Shown here one piece after another: positions 37,396 through 46,295 of a stretch of 56,579 nucleotides of DNA. The stretch's first letter is position 1; each line of letters opens with the position of its first letter. Source of the DNA: a virus (Duplodnaviria > Caudoviricetes). The position numbers and the translations under genes were made by a program. The notes under the pieces are model-generated. The model did not search any database and was not told the DNA's origin. It saw only the letters and a program-made list of their open reading frames with translations. The stretch spans positions 1 to 56,579 of IMG/VR virus record IMGVR_UViG_3300038724_000006. One strand, written 5' to 3'.

Positions 37396-37680
37396 CTATG
37401 AGGCATTTCTATAAACTGTTGGCGTTGCGTGTTTACTCCGACGAATCGGGGTAGGTTCGCTGTAGCGACTAGGCCAAATGACATCGGGCGTAGTACCTAA
37501 AAACTCGGCAACGATCTTTTCGAGCTTTGGGTACTTGAGGTGCAGTACGTTTGCGAACGTGCGCGGGTTGTAATCGTTTGCGCGTGCTAAATCAGACATG
37601 CTGACGCCGCGTTTACGGATCGCGGCTTTGATGTCTTCTTTATGCCAGTCGCTGATCGGGCGAGTCTCTGACTTGCTCAT
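37396..37680 (-). CDS. ner: Ner-like transcriptional regulator
   Basis: DWHKEDIKAAIRKRG...IWPSRY signature. Confidence 0.93.
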   Translation of the reverse strand: MSKSETRPISDWHKEDIKAAIRKRGVSMSDLARANDYNPRTFANVLHLKYPKLEKIVAEFLGTTPDVIWPSRYSEPTPIRRSKHATPTVYRNAS

Positions 37681-37892
37681 TTTTTTGGCCTCTTGCTAAT
37701 GACTTTCGTTTAACGCTTTATCTAATCGGTTTGGATAAGTTAGCCGGAATCAGCGCAATGATCAAGCCACAATCGGCGCATTTCGTATTTAAAATGCGCT
37801 TAATTTTGCTTAATTTCGCTATCTTATTGATTTTAAAGGGATTATTTAAAGCGAAAAGCAGCGTAAACATTTGCTAATTTTTCGGATTCGGC
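37681..37892. promoter_or_regulatory. Divergent c/ner control region (operators, possible transposition enhancer and IHF site)
   Basis: AT-rich; tandem GCTTAATTT repeats at 37798-37816; near-consensus IHF site at 37820-37832 on the minus strand. Confidence 0.6.
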
Positions 37893-38606
37893 ATGAAGAA
37901 AAACGAAACGATAATGGATTTAGCGCAAAGGATTCGCGAGTGCGCTGATATTTGCGGAGGGGTTGGTGCTCTTGCGCAGAAATCGGCAATACCTAGACGA
38001 ACGCTGGATTCCTATCTGGCTGGTGGAAGTGAACCTAAGTGGTCGAACTTATGCGCAATAGCTAAAGCTGCAGTTGTTAACTACGACTGGATCATGGATG
38101 GCGCTGGGCCGATGACTGACTCTGCTAGTGGGTATGGTAGTGATATGATTGCAGAGCCAAGCAGTCCATATGGTTATGCTCCCGCAGATGACTACGCGTT
38201 TATCCCTGGGTATAGCATTCAGGTGAGTGCTGGCGTAGGTATAACAACGGATGACGAAAGCGTCACCCGCCGCCTAGCGTTTAGAAAAAACTGGTTAAAA
38301 TTCAGAGGCTTAAACGAAAAAGATTTGGTTGTTGTATTTGCTAAAGGCGACTCGATGGAGCCGACAATTAGCGATAACAACACGATAATGGTCGATACAA
38401 GCGATGCTATGCCGCAGGACGGTCGCATGTATGTCATTCGCGTTGATGGCCATCTCTTGGTTAAACGCACGCAGATCGTGCCTGGTCAGGGCGTACAACT
38501 GCTGAGCGACAATAAAGACTACCCACCGATGATGGTAAAAATGATTGACGGTGATGAGTCGATTCAATTTATCGGTCGTGTTGTGTGGGTTGGTAAGGAT
38601 GTCTAA
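37893..38606 (+). CDS. c: Prophage repressor, XRE HTH plus S24 peptidase (CI/LexA-like)
   Basis: N-terminal HTH; VSAG cleavage site; GDSMEPT Ser and VKR Lys; divergent from ner. Confidence 0.93.
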   Translation: MKKNETIMDLAQRIRECADICGGVGALAQKSAIPRRTLDSYLAGGSEPKWSNLCAIAKAAVVNYDWIMDGAGPMTDSASGYGSDMIAEPSSPYGYAPADDYAFIPGYSIQVSAGVGITTDDESVTRRLAFRKNWLKFRGLNEKDLVVVFAKGDSMEPTISDNNTIMVDTSDAMPQDGRMYVIRVDGHLLVKRTQIVPGQGVQLLSDNKDYPPMMVKMIDGDESIQFIGRVVWVGKDV

Positions 38607-38652
38607 AAGTAAGCGTCCAAATTCTAAATAGCGTTGGCGCTTAGAATTGGAC
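38601..38652. promoter_or_regulatory. Transposase-binding end sites (Mu L-end equivalent)
   Basis: 38601-38615 reverse complement is CGCTTACTTTTAGAC; 38638-38652 is CGCTTAGAATTGGAC; same consensus as the other end. Confidence 0.7.
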
Positions 38653-38781
38653 GCTATCAAATGTGTTTTTCGTTTTACCTCCCTGTAAGCCCCATTAATA
38701 CTGGGTTCGTCCCATCAATTCCCGTTAAATCTCGTTTGTTCCCGGTTTAGCCGTCTATCTCAGGGTATCTGTCTGGTTACA

Positions 38782-38786
38782 GGATG
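38782..38786 (+). repeat. 5-bp target-site duplication GGATG, right copy
   Basis: Immediately follows the CA terminus. Confidence 0.93.
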
Positions 38787-39457
38787 TCCGCCGGAGCCGG
38801 TTACCGAAAAATCCAGTAAATATCGGGCGTTCGGCCCAGAAAAGCGCGAAGCAGGGGGATGGGCCGTCCGCCCGGGGGACGCAGTCCACCAAAGAGGGCA
38901 ACAGTTATCGGGGCTCCGCCCCCGGCCCCATGCAAGGAGAGGTTTCTCCTTACGATCCTCTCTTCTCGGCGCATCCGGCTTCATCCAGCCAACGGCAGTC
39001 ATTATGCGACACGCAAAACAATCGGCCCCGGAGCGACCTTTTACAGTATCCATTTTTTTGTATCGCTCCGGGGCAAGGTTTTGCTCTAAAGGCCGCAGAA
39101 TAACTTTGTTGTCTGGCGCCGCACGCATGCCGATTAAAAGAAAATCCGAACAACCGCATTTCAAATCAGGCGGTGTTAGAGAGGCGAAATAGCCAAGCAG
39201 AAATTTGATCTAAAGCTAGTTTGACTACTCATTAAAGGACTGCCCCGCACGACTTCTCAAAAGAACGGTATCGCGGAGAGGTTATGCGCCTCTGGGGCCG
39301 CCGGGATTTACGTTAGATTTGCAGGTAACGTGAGGCAGGAGCCGGTTACCGAAAAATCCAGTAAATATCGGAGGTTCGGCCCAGAAAAGCGCGAAGCAGG
39401 GGGGTGGGCCGTCCGCCCGGGGGACGCAGTCCGCCAAAGAGGGCAACAGTCATCGGG
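38787..39457. repeat. Host structured tandem repeat: rest of copy A (38787-39069) and partial copy B (39070-39457); unit about 583 bp
   Basis: 38793-38912 is nearly identical to 39338-39457; several hairpins including a perfect 12-bp inverted repeat at 39025-39036/39063-39074. Confidence 0.9.
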
Positions 39458-39553
39458 ATAAAGTTAAAGCCTGCCCACAAGTGTGGCTACGTCTTCATAA
39501 ACGACTTACATTCAAGTCTCAAACTCAGCTCTTATATTCAAATCCCGTTCGGG

Positions 39554-39664
39554 GCTGAGCTTGAGAGTTGAGCTGGAAAGTTGAGCTTGAAAGTTGAGCT
39601 GGAAAGTTGAGCTGGAAAGTTGAGCTGGAAAGTTGAGCTGGAAAGTTGAGCTGGAAAGTTGAAC
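39554..39664 (+). repeat. 13-bp tandem repeat (GTTGAGCTGGAAA), 8 copies plus a partial
   Basis: Read directly; an inverted related copy lies at 39517-39531. Confidence 0.95.
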
Positions 39665-39727
39665 TTTTAATAAACGCGATTAAACGCATGACTCCATGCC
39701 CGTAGTGGCACCTCTACCTGTATCCAC

Positions 39728-39743
39728 TGGCACACCCCTTGCT
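39728..39743 (+). promoter_or_regulatory. Sigma54 (-24/-12) promoter of the pse operon
   Basis: TGGCAC-ACCCC-TTGCT with exact GG-N10-GC spacing, 40 bp upstream of pseB. Confidence 0.85.
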
Positions 39744-39783
39744 ACTTACCTTCTATCAGTGACTTCAGTGTCAGGAGTTTGAC

Positions 39784-40782
39784 ATGTTGGACGGTAAGAC
39801 TATTTTGGTCACGGGCGGCACCGGTTCGTTTGGGCATGCTTTTATTCCAATGACGTTAGAAAAATATAATCCTAAGAAGATCATCGTGTTTTCTCGTGAT
39901 GAGATGAAGCAATGGGAGATGGCGAAGCTTTTCGAGAATGATCATCGTGTTCGTTTTTTTATTGGTGATGTTCGCGACAAAGACCGCTTGTATCGCGCGC
40001 TAGATGGTGTGGATTATGTTGTTCATGCGGCGGCTACCAAGATTGTTCCTATTGCTGAATACAATCCCTTTGAATGCGTAAAAACGAATATTAATGGCGC
40101 GATGAATGTGATCGATGCCTGTATTGATCATGGCGTTAAGGGCTGTGTCGCTTTATCAACAGATAAGGCCAGTTCGCCGGTCAACTTGTATGGGGCTACG
40201 AAGCTGGCGTCGGATAAGTTGTTTGTTGCTGGTAATGCGTATTCTGGGGAGCATGGTACGCGCTTTTCTGTAGTTCGGTATGGCAATGTGATGGGGTCAC
40301 GCGGTTCGGTGATTCCGTTTTTTATGTCGATTAAAGATAAGGGTATTTTGCCGATCACGGATGATCGCATGACGCGGTTTATGATTTCGCTTGATGATGC
40401 GGTAGATCTTGTCTGGCACGCTTTCGATGATATGGTGGGTGGTGAGGTGTACGTTAAGAAGATCCCATCTATGAAGGTGACGGACCTTGCCCGTGTGGTT
40501 GCGCCAGAAGCTCGTCAGGATGTGGTGGGCATTCGTCCCGGTGAGAAGTTGCACGAGCAAATGATTGGCAGTGAAGACTCATATCACACCTACGAATACG
40601 ACGAGCATTTTAAGATTTTACCGGCGATCAATGGCTGGGATCACTGCCCAGAGCGTATAAAGAATGGTCGTCTGGTAGCAGAAGGGTTTACCTATTCGAG
40701 CGATAATAATACCGAATGGATGACGGATGCTGAGTTACAAGCGTGGATAGACATCAACCGGAATAAAATCGGAAATATTTAA
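39784..40782 (+). CDS. pseB: UDP-N-acetylglucosamine 4,6-dehydratase (inverting)
   Basis: TGGTGSFG, FSRDE.KQ, AEYNPFEC.KTN, LSTDKA..P.NLYGATK, VRYGNV.GSRGSV. Confidence 0.96.
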   Translation: MLDGKTILVTGGTGSFGHAFIPMTLEKYNPKKIIVFSRDEMKQWEMAKLFENDHRVRFFIGDVRDKDRLYRALDGVDYVVHAAATKIVPIAEYNPFECVKTNINGAMNVIDACIDHGVKGCVALSTDKASSPVNLYGATKLASDKLFVAGNAYSGEHGTRFSVVRYGNVMGSRGSVIPFFMSIKDKGILPITDDRMTRFMISLDDAVDLVWHAFDDMVGGEVYVKKIPSMKVTDLARVVAPEARQDVVGIRPGEKLHEQMIGSEDSYHTYEYDEHFKILPAINGWDHCPERIKNGRLVAEGFTYSSDNNTEWMTDAELQAWIDINRNKIGNI

Positions 40783-41942
40783 TGATGATCCCTTATGGAA
40801 AACAGGACATTTCAGCTGAGGATATTGCCGCTGTCAGTGAGGTTCTGCGTTCTGATTTTTTAACTCAAGGGCCGGTTGTTCCAAGATTTGAAGAAGCCGT
40901 CGCTGAGGCTGCCAAGGCTAAGTACGGTGTGGCAGTAAACAGTGCGACCTCTGCGCTTCACATTGCTTGTTTAGCTTTAGGCGTGGGGCCGGGGGATCGT
41001 GTGTGGACAACACCGGTCACCTTTGTTGCTTCTGCCAATTGCGCTTTGTACTGCGGCGCTGACATCAGTTTCGTTGATATTGATCCTGATACCTACAATC
41101 TATGCCCGAAGGCGCTTGAGCAAAAGCTTATAGTCGCCAACGATGAAGGCACCCTCCCTAAGGTTATTATTCCCGTCCACTTGGCTGGGCAGTCGTGTGA
41201 TATGGAAGCGATTGCTGCCTTGGCCAGGCAATATGATATTCGTGTGATCGAAGATGCCTCTCACGCCATTGGGGCAGACTATGCCGGTGACGCGGTAGGA
41301 TCTTGCCGCTTTAGCGATATTACCGTGTTCAGTTTTCATCCGGTAAAAATCGTGACCACGGCTGAAGGGGGAGTGGCAGTTACGAATAATCTTCAATTGG
41401 CGGAACGTATGCAGCGTTTACGCTCACACGGTATTACGCGAGATCCTGAGTTGATGACAAAAGCACCGGACGGTGCTTGGTATTATCAGCAAATCGAATT
41501 GGGTTTTAATTATCGAATGACTGAGATGCAAGCGGCGTTAGGCTTAAGCCAAATGCAGCGCTTATCTTTGTTTGTTAAGCGTCGTCGAGGGTTGGCAAAA
41601 AGATACAACGAATTACTCTCTGATTTACCGGTCACTTTGCCTCAGCAATTAGCAGATTCGGCGTCTTCTTGGCATTTATTCATTGTGCGTTTCAACTTAA
41701 ATAAGATAGGCAAGACTCAGTCGCAGATATTTGATGAATGTCGTGCTGCGGGAATAGGTGTGAACTTACATTATATACCTGTTCATCTTCAGCCATATTA
41801 TTCTGATCTTGGGTTTAAGCAAGGAGACTACCCGGCGGCAGAAGCTTATTACGCGAATGCCATAAGCATTCCGTTGTTTCACTCCATGACGGATACACAA
41901 CAGGATGAAGTCGTTAGAGTGGTGAAGGAGATTGTTTTATGA
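40782..41942 (+). CDS. pseC: UDP-4-amino-4,6-dideoxy-N-acetyl-L-altrosamine transaminase
   Basis: IPYGKQ, FLTQGP, NSATSALH, FSFHPVK, LGFNYRM. Confidence 0.95.
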   Translation: MMIPYGKQDISAEDIAAVSEVLRSDFLTQGPVVPRFEEAVAEAAKAKYGVAVNSATSALHIACLALGVGPGDRVWTTPVTFVASANCALYCGADISFVDIDPDTYNLCPKALEQKLIVANDEGTLPKVIIPVHLAGQSCDMEAIAALARQYDIRVIEDASHAIGADYAGDAVGSCRFSDITVFSFHPVKIVTTAEGGVAVTNNLQLAERMQRLRSHGITRDPELMTKAPDGAWYYQQIELGFNYRMTEMQAALGLSQMQRLSLFVKRRRGLAKRYNELLSDLPVTLPQQLADSASSWHLFIVRFNLNKIGKTQSQIFDECRAAGIGVNLHYIPVHLQPYYSDLGFKQGDYPAAEAYYANAISIPLFHSMTDTQQDEVVRVVKEIVL

Positions 41943-42646
41943 GCTGTGTGGCGATCATTCCTGCAAGAGGTGGCAGTAAACGAATTCCGGGGAAAAATAT
42001 TAAACCTTTTTTCGGTAAGCCAATGATTGCTTGGTCAATCGAGGCGGCTAAGGCATCGGGGTTATTTGATCGTATTGTGGTGTCTACGGATGATCCGGAC
42101 ATTGTTGAGGTGGCCAAGCAGTATGGCGCTGAAGTCCCGTTTATACGCCCTCCAGAATTAGCGGATGATTTTACGCCGACGATTCCGGTCATTGCTCACG
42201 CGATTAATACCCTAAATGAGCAGGGGGATACCATTACTGAAGCCTGTTGTATTTACGCCACTGCGCCTTTTATCCGTAAAGACGATCTTATTGAAGCGCA
42301 TCGACAGCTTCAGAGTGGTGATTGGAAATATTGTTTTACCGTTACTGAATTTGCCGCCCCAATTTTTAGAAGCTTTGAAGCGGATGAGAGTGGCGCAGTG
42401 TCTATGTTTTGGCCTGAGCATTTTGAAACACGTTCGCAAGATTTACCGGAAGCCTTACATGACGCCGGACAATTTTATTTTGGGCGTGTGGATGCATGGC
42501 TAGAAGGGGCGGTATTTTTTGCTAAACACGCAACGGGATATCGCATCCCGCGTTGGCGCGTGCAGGATATTGATACCGCAGACGATTGGACCAGAGCAGA
42601 AAGCATGGCGGCAATGTTAATTGAGAGTACCGAGGCAAAGATGTGA
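41939..42646 (+). CDS. pseF: Pseudaminic acid cytidylyltransferase
   Basis: IIPARGGSKRIP.KNI, CCIYATAP, RSQDL...HDAGQFY, VQDIDT. Confidence 0.95.
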   Translation: MSCVAIIPARGGSKRIPGKNIKPFFGKPMIAWSIEAAKASGLFDRIVVSTDDPDIVEVAKQYGAEVPFIRPPELADDFTPTIPVIAHAINTLNEQGDTITEACCIYATAPFIRKDDLIEAHRQLQSGDWKYCFTVTEFAAPIFRSFEADESGAVSMFWPEHFETRSQDLPEALHDAGQFYFGRVDAWLEGAVFFAKHATGYRIPRWRVQDIDTADDWTRAESMAAMLIESTEAKM

Positions 42647-43809
42647 ACGTCGTTTTTCGGTGTGATGCGTCACTTGAGATAGGAACTGGCCATGTCATGC
42701 GTTGCCTTACTTTGGCCGATGCTCTGACGTTGCGTGGTGCTGAGTGTGAATTTATGTGCCGTGATCATGACGGTAATATGATCTCGCACATTGAATCACT
42801 CGGCTATCGAGTTCATACGCTGGCTAGCGCATCTTTTAATAAGGGTGACATAAGCAATACGGGTGAAGTGAGTGACGCGCTAGAGAGTGAGTTAGCGCAT
42901 GCTCACTGGTTAGGTTGTTCGCAAGTACAAGATGCCGAGCGGTGTTTGCAGGCACTAGCAGGGCAAACTTTTGATTGGCTGGTGGTTGATCATTATGCCT
43001 TAGATCACACTTGGGAAGTCAGGTTTAATGCTCAGGTGAAGCAGATCATGGTGATTGATGACCTCGCTGATCGAAGGCATCAATGTGATGTGTTGTTTGA
43101 TCAAAATTACTACGGTGATGCGGCAGCTGAGCGCTATCTACAAAAAAGCTTAGAAAAAGGTTTAGTACAAGATACAACCACCTTACTGCTTGGGCCAGAA
43201 TACGCATTAATACGACCCGAGTATCGTGAGCTTAGAGAAAAGCTGATCTTAGAAAAAGAGACGCGTGAAAACGCCTTTGATAATGCGGGTAAAATAGAAC
43301 GGGTATTGGTGTTTCTGGGCGGCAGTGACCCTGATGATGTGACCGGAAAAGTCGTCGCAGGCCTGTGCCGGGATGAGTTTACGTCAGTGTCTTTTGATGT
43401 GGTTGTTGGCGTTAACTATGCCTATAAACATGAGCTGGCAGCAAGCACTGAAAACCGGGGCAATATATACATTCACTGCGGGCTACCTTCGTTAGCAGGC
43501 GTAATGAGTGAGTGCGATTTAATGATTGGTGCCGGCGGCAGCACCAGCTGGGAGCGTATGTGCTTGGGATTACCAGCATTAGTCACATGCATTGCTGAAA
43601 ATCAGCGTGAGTATACTTACGCATTGGCAAGGGATGAGTTTTTGATGTTATTGCCTGATGCCAAAGAGTTACTCCCGGATCAAGTCGCAGACGCTTTGTT
43701 ATTGTGTATGAAAAATAACATCAAATTAAAAGTAATGAGTTTAAAAGGCATGAGTTTAGTGTCCGGATTGGGTCTGGAATCTGTGTGTGAATGTCTATTC
43801 GGTGACTAA
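42643..43809 (+). CDS. pseG: UDP-2,4-diacetamido-2,4,6-trideoxy-altropyranose hydrolase
   Basis: FRCDAS..IGTGHVMRC, VVDHY, IDDLADR, GAGGSTSWER. Confidence 0.93.
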   Translation: MNVVFRCDASLEIGTGHVMRCLTLADALTLRGAECEFMCRDHDGNMISHIESLGYRVHTLASASFNKGDISNTGEVSDALESELAHAHWLGCSQVQDAERCLQALAGQTFDWLVVDHYALDHTWEVRFNAQVKQIMVIDDLADRRHQCDVLFDQNYYGDAAAERYLQKSLEKGLVQDTTTLLLGPEYALIRPEYRELREKLILEKETRENAFDNAGKIERVLVFLGGSDPDDVTGKVVAGLCRDEFTSVSFDVVVGVNYAYKHELAASTENRGNIYIHCGLPSLAGVMSECDLMIGAGGSTSWERMCLGLPALVTCIAENQREYTYALARDEFLMLLPDAKELLPDQVADALLLCMKNNIKLKVMSLKGMSLVSGLGLESVCECLFGD

Positions 43810-43818
43810 AGACATCCA

Positions 43819-44529
43819 TTGAGTTTAACGATACCGAAAATCGACTCTGACAAGGCAATAGGTGAAGCATTGGCGTACAAAATTACCATCATTACGGATC
43901 AGTCGAGTTGGTTGTTGCCGTATATTCAGGATGTGAAAGCTCAGTGGCAGCTATTGGGTCATGAGGTTATTTTGTGTCATGCCAATATGGATCTGGCCGG
44001 TGGTGATTTCTGCTTTTGTTTAAGTTGCTCTGATTTAATCACTCAAGAAAAGCGTAAATTATATCGAAATACACTAGTGGTGCATGAAAGTGACTTGCCT
44101 CAAGGGCGTGGCTGGGCGCCGGTTGCTTGGCAAATATTAGCCGGACAAAAGACTATTCCTGTTGTGTTATTAGAAGCAGAAGACACTGTCGATAGCGGAG
44201 TGATCTACTTAAAAGACAGCATCACCTTAACAGGCGCAGAATTGAATTCTGAATGGCGTGAATTACAGGCTCAAGCAACTTTCCGGTTGTGTAATCAATG
44301 GTTGAGTGAGTACCCCAGTGTGTTAGATCTTGCCGTTCAACAAACGGGAGAGCCAACGTATTTTTCAAAGCGCTTACCTAAAGACAGTGAGCTAGATGTG
44401 AACATCAGCCTCGCTGAACAATTCGATTTACTCCGGGTAGTCGATAATGTCAGATATCCAGCATTTTTTAATCATGCCGGTAAGCGCTACAAATTAACGA
44501 TAGAGCGAGTGGAGGGAGATGATGACTGA
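43819..44529 (+). CDS. Sugar N-formyltransferase (Fmt-like) 1
   Basis: VVHESDLPQGRGWAP..WQI, VDSG, C-terminal LRVVDN.RYPAF. Confidence 0.85.
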   Translation: MSLTIPKIDSDKAIGEALAYKITIITDQSSWLLPYIQDVKAQWQLLGHEVILCHANMDLAGGDFCFCLSCSDLITQEKRKLYRNTLVVHESDLPQGRGWAPVAWQILAGQKTIPVVLLEAEDTVDSGVIYLKDSITLTGAELNSEWRELQAQATFRLCNQWLSEYPSVLDLAVQQTGEPTYFSKRLPKDSELDVNISLAEQFDLLRVVDNVRYPAFFNHAGKRYKLTIERVEGDDD

Positions 44530-45259
44530 TGCCTGCATTGAAGCGCCTACTAAAATCGAACCTCTAACCTATATCGTCGCCAGTAATAAAGGTTGGCACT
44601 ACCCGGAGTTTGAGAAGCTAAAAGCTTCACAGCAAGGTGTGTGGTTATGGGCGTCGGATACTCAAGAGCTTGTCTCTGCATTAGCTCAGAATGCTTCTAT
44701 TCGTTATGTGTTTTTCTTGCACTGGAGTGAACGAGTCGCGGATAACGTTTGGAAAAACGTGCCTTGTGTTTGTTTCCATATGACCGACCTGCCTTACGGA
44801 CGCGGTGGTAGCCCGCTGCAAAATTTAATTGTCCGTGGACACTCAGACACTAAATTGACAGCCTTTCGGATGGTGGAAGCAATGGATGCTGGCCCTGTTT
44901 ATTTAAAGCGGGATTTGTCGTTGGCGGGTAGTGCCGAAGACATCTATGTGCGTGCCGGTCAACTTAGCGCCGCGATGATTCGTGACATTGTTGCTGCTCA
45001 GCCAGAACCGGTTGAGCAAGAAGGTGATGTTGTGCTTTTTAAGCGCCGAACACCGGTTGAAAGTGAGCTTCCTAACGACGTCTCTCGATGCGATATTTAT
45101 GATTTTATTCGTATGTTGGACGCGGATGGATACCCTCATGCGTTTGTTGATCACGGCAATATGAGAATACATTTTACTGACGCTGAATTAACGCCTGAGG
45201 GCGTGACGGCCAAGGTTTGCATTAGTGAGCAAGCAGGAATAATTAACAATGACATTTGA
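44519..45259 (+). CDS. Sugar N-formyltransferase (Fmt-like) 2
   Basis: CFHMTDLPYGRGGSPLQNLI, MDAGP, IRMLDADGYP. Confidence 0.85.
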   Translation: MMTDACIEAPTKIEPLTYIVASNKGWHYPEFEKLKASQQGVWLWASDTQELVSALAQNASIRYVFFLHWSERVADNVWKNVPCVCFHMTDLPYGRGGSPLQNLIVRGHSDTKLTAFRMVEAMDAGPVYLKRDLSLAGSAEDIYVRAGQLSAAMIRDIVAAQPEPVEQEGDVVLFKRRTPVESELPNDVSRCDIYDFIRMLDADGYPHAFVDHGNMRIHFTDAELTPEGVTAKVCISEQAGIINNDI

Positions 45260-46295
45260 GATAAATGGACGCCGCATAGGCCCAGATTGCCCGCCTTATA
45301 TTATTGCTGAATTATCCGCGAACCATAACGGTGACATAGCGCAGGCATTAAAAACCATTGATGCTGCAGCCAAAGCGGGCGCTTGTGCGATTAAGATTCA
45401 AACCTATACCGCCGATACCATGACCATTGATTGCGACTTACCGGATTTTAAAATTGAAGGTGGGTTATGGGATGGCTACAAGCTGTATGATTTATACACG
45501 TGGGCACAAACCCCTTTTGAGTGGCACCAAGCTATTTTCGCTCACGCTAAAAAGGTAGGCATTACGCTCTTTTCAACCCCGTTTGATGAAAGCGCCGTTG
45601 AATTATTAGAGTCGTTAAATACTCCGGCGTATAAAGTCGCGTCATTTGAACTGACGGATTTACCGTTAATTCGTTGTATCGCGGCGACTGGGAAACCCAT
45701 GATTATGTCCACCGGGATGGCGACGTTAGACGAGATACACGAAGCCGTTGAGGCTGCGCGCTCTGCCGGATGCAACGACTTAGTATTGTTACATTGCATT
45801 AGTAGTTATCCCGCGCCTATGGATCAGGCGAATCTAAAACAAATGGATATTATCCGTCAGACTTTTGGTGTGACGGTGGGGTTATCTGATCACACTTTAG
45901 GCACAACGGCGTCGGTGGCAGCAGTGGCATTAGGCGCGTGCGTGATTGAAAAACATTTTATTTTGGATCGTACTGAGAAGGGCCCAGACAGTGAGTTTTC
46001 GATTGAGCCTGCTGAATTATCTGGTTTGGTAAACGATGCAAACGATGCGTGGTCTGCTTTAGGTAATGGTGAGTTTTCACGCCAGCCTGCGGAGTCTTCT
46101 AATACCATTTTTAGACGTTCCTTGTATTTTATTAAAGACTTACCGGCAGGCCATAGAATTGGCCCTGAAGACATTCGGCGTATTCGTCCGGGTTATGGTC
46201 TAGCACCAAAATATTACGATGAACTATTGGGGCGTCGTCTGAAGCAGCCTGTGGTTCGAGGCACAGCCACGAGCTGGGAGATACTAGATGACTAA
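45249..46295 (+). CDS. pseI: Pseudaminic acid synthase
   Basis: IIAELSANHNG, KIQTYT, FSTPFD, LHCISSYP, GLSDHT, IEKHF, C-terminal SAF/AFP domain. Confidence 0.95.
   Translation: MTFEINGRRIGPDCPPYIIAELSANHNGDIAQALKTIDAAAKAGACAIKIQTYTADTMTIDCDLPDFKIEGGLWDGYKLYDLYTWAQTPFEWHQAIFAHAKKVGITLFSTPFDESAVELLESLNTPAYKVASFELTDLPLIRCIAATGKPMIMSTGMATLDEIHEAVEAARSAGCNDLVLLHCISSYPAPMDQANLKQMDIIRQTFGVTVGLSDHTLGTTASVAAVALGACVIEKHFILDRTEKGPDSEFSIEPAELSGLVNDANDAWSALGNGEFSRQPAESSNTIFRRSLYFIKDLPAGHRIGPEDIRRIRPGYGLAPKYYDELLGRRLKQPVVRGTATSWEILDD

Larger units (their letters stand above)
301..38781 (-). mobile_element. Mu-like transposable prophage with contractile tail, apparently intact, 38,481 bp
   Basis: Begins TGTAG at 301 and ends TTACA at 38781; flanked by identical GGATG; removing it rejoins the host repeat; Mu-type gene order c-ner-A-B...gemA-mor-lysis-terminase-portal-F-I/Z-T-L-M-tape measure-N-P-gp45-47. 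Confidence 0.97.

Noticed and set aside
301-38781. Mu gam, gin, com and mom homologs, and tRNA/rRNA genes
   Set aside because: Looked for but no matching motifs recognised by eye; absence needs confirmation by HMM and tRNAscan searches
38760-39192. ORFs of 62-134 aa in the region right of the prophage
   Set aside because: They lie within the hairpin-rich repeat (one crosses the phage junction), with no recognisable motif
1-39457. Long flanking direct repeats as attL/attR of an integrase-type element
   Set aside because: No integrase; the TG...CA ends and 5-bp duplication show transposition into a pre-existing tandem repeat
39554-39664. Possible CRISPR array
   Set aside because: Contiguous 13-bp units with no unique spacers and no cas genes; it is a simple VNTR
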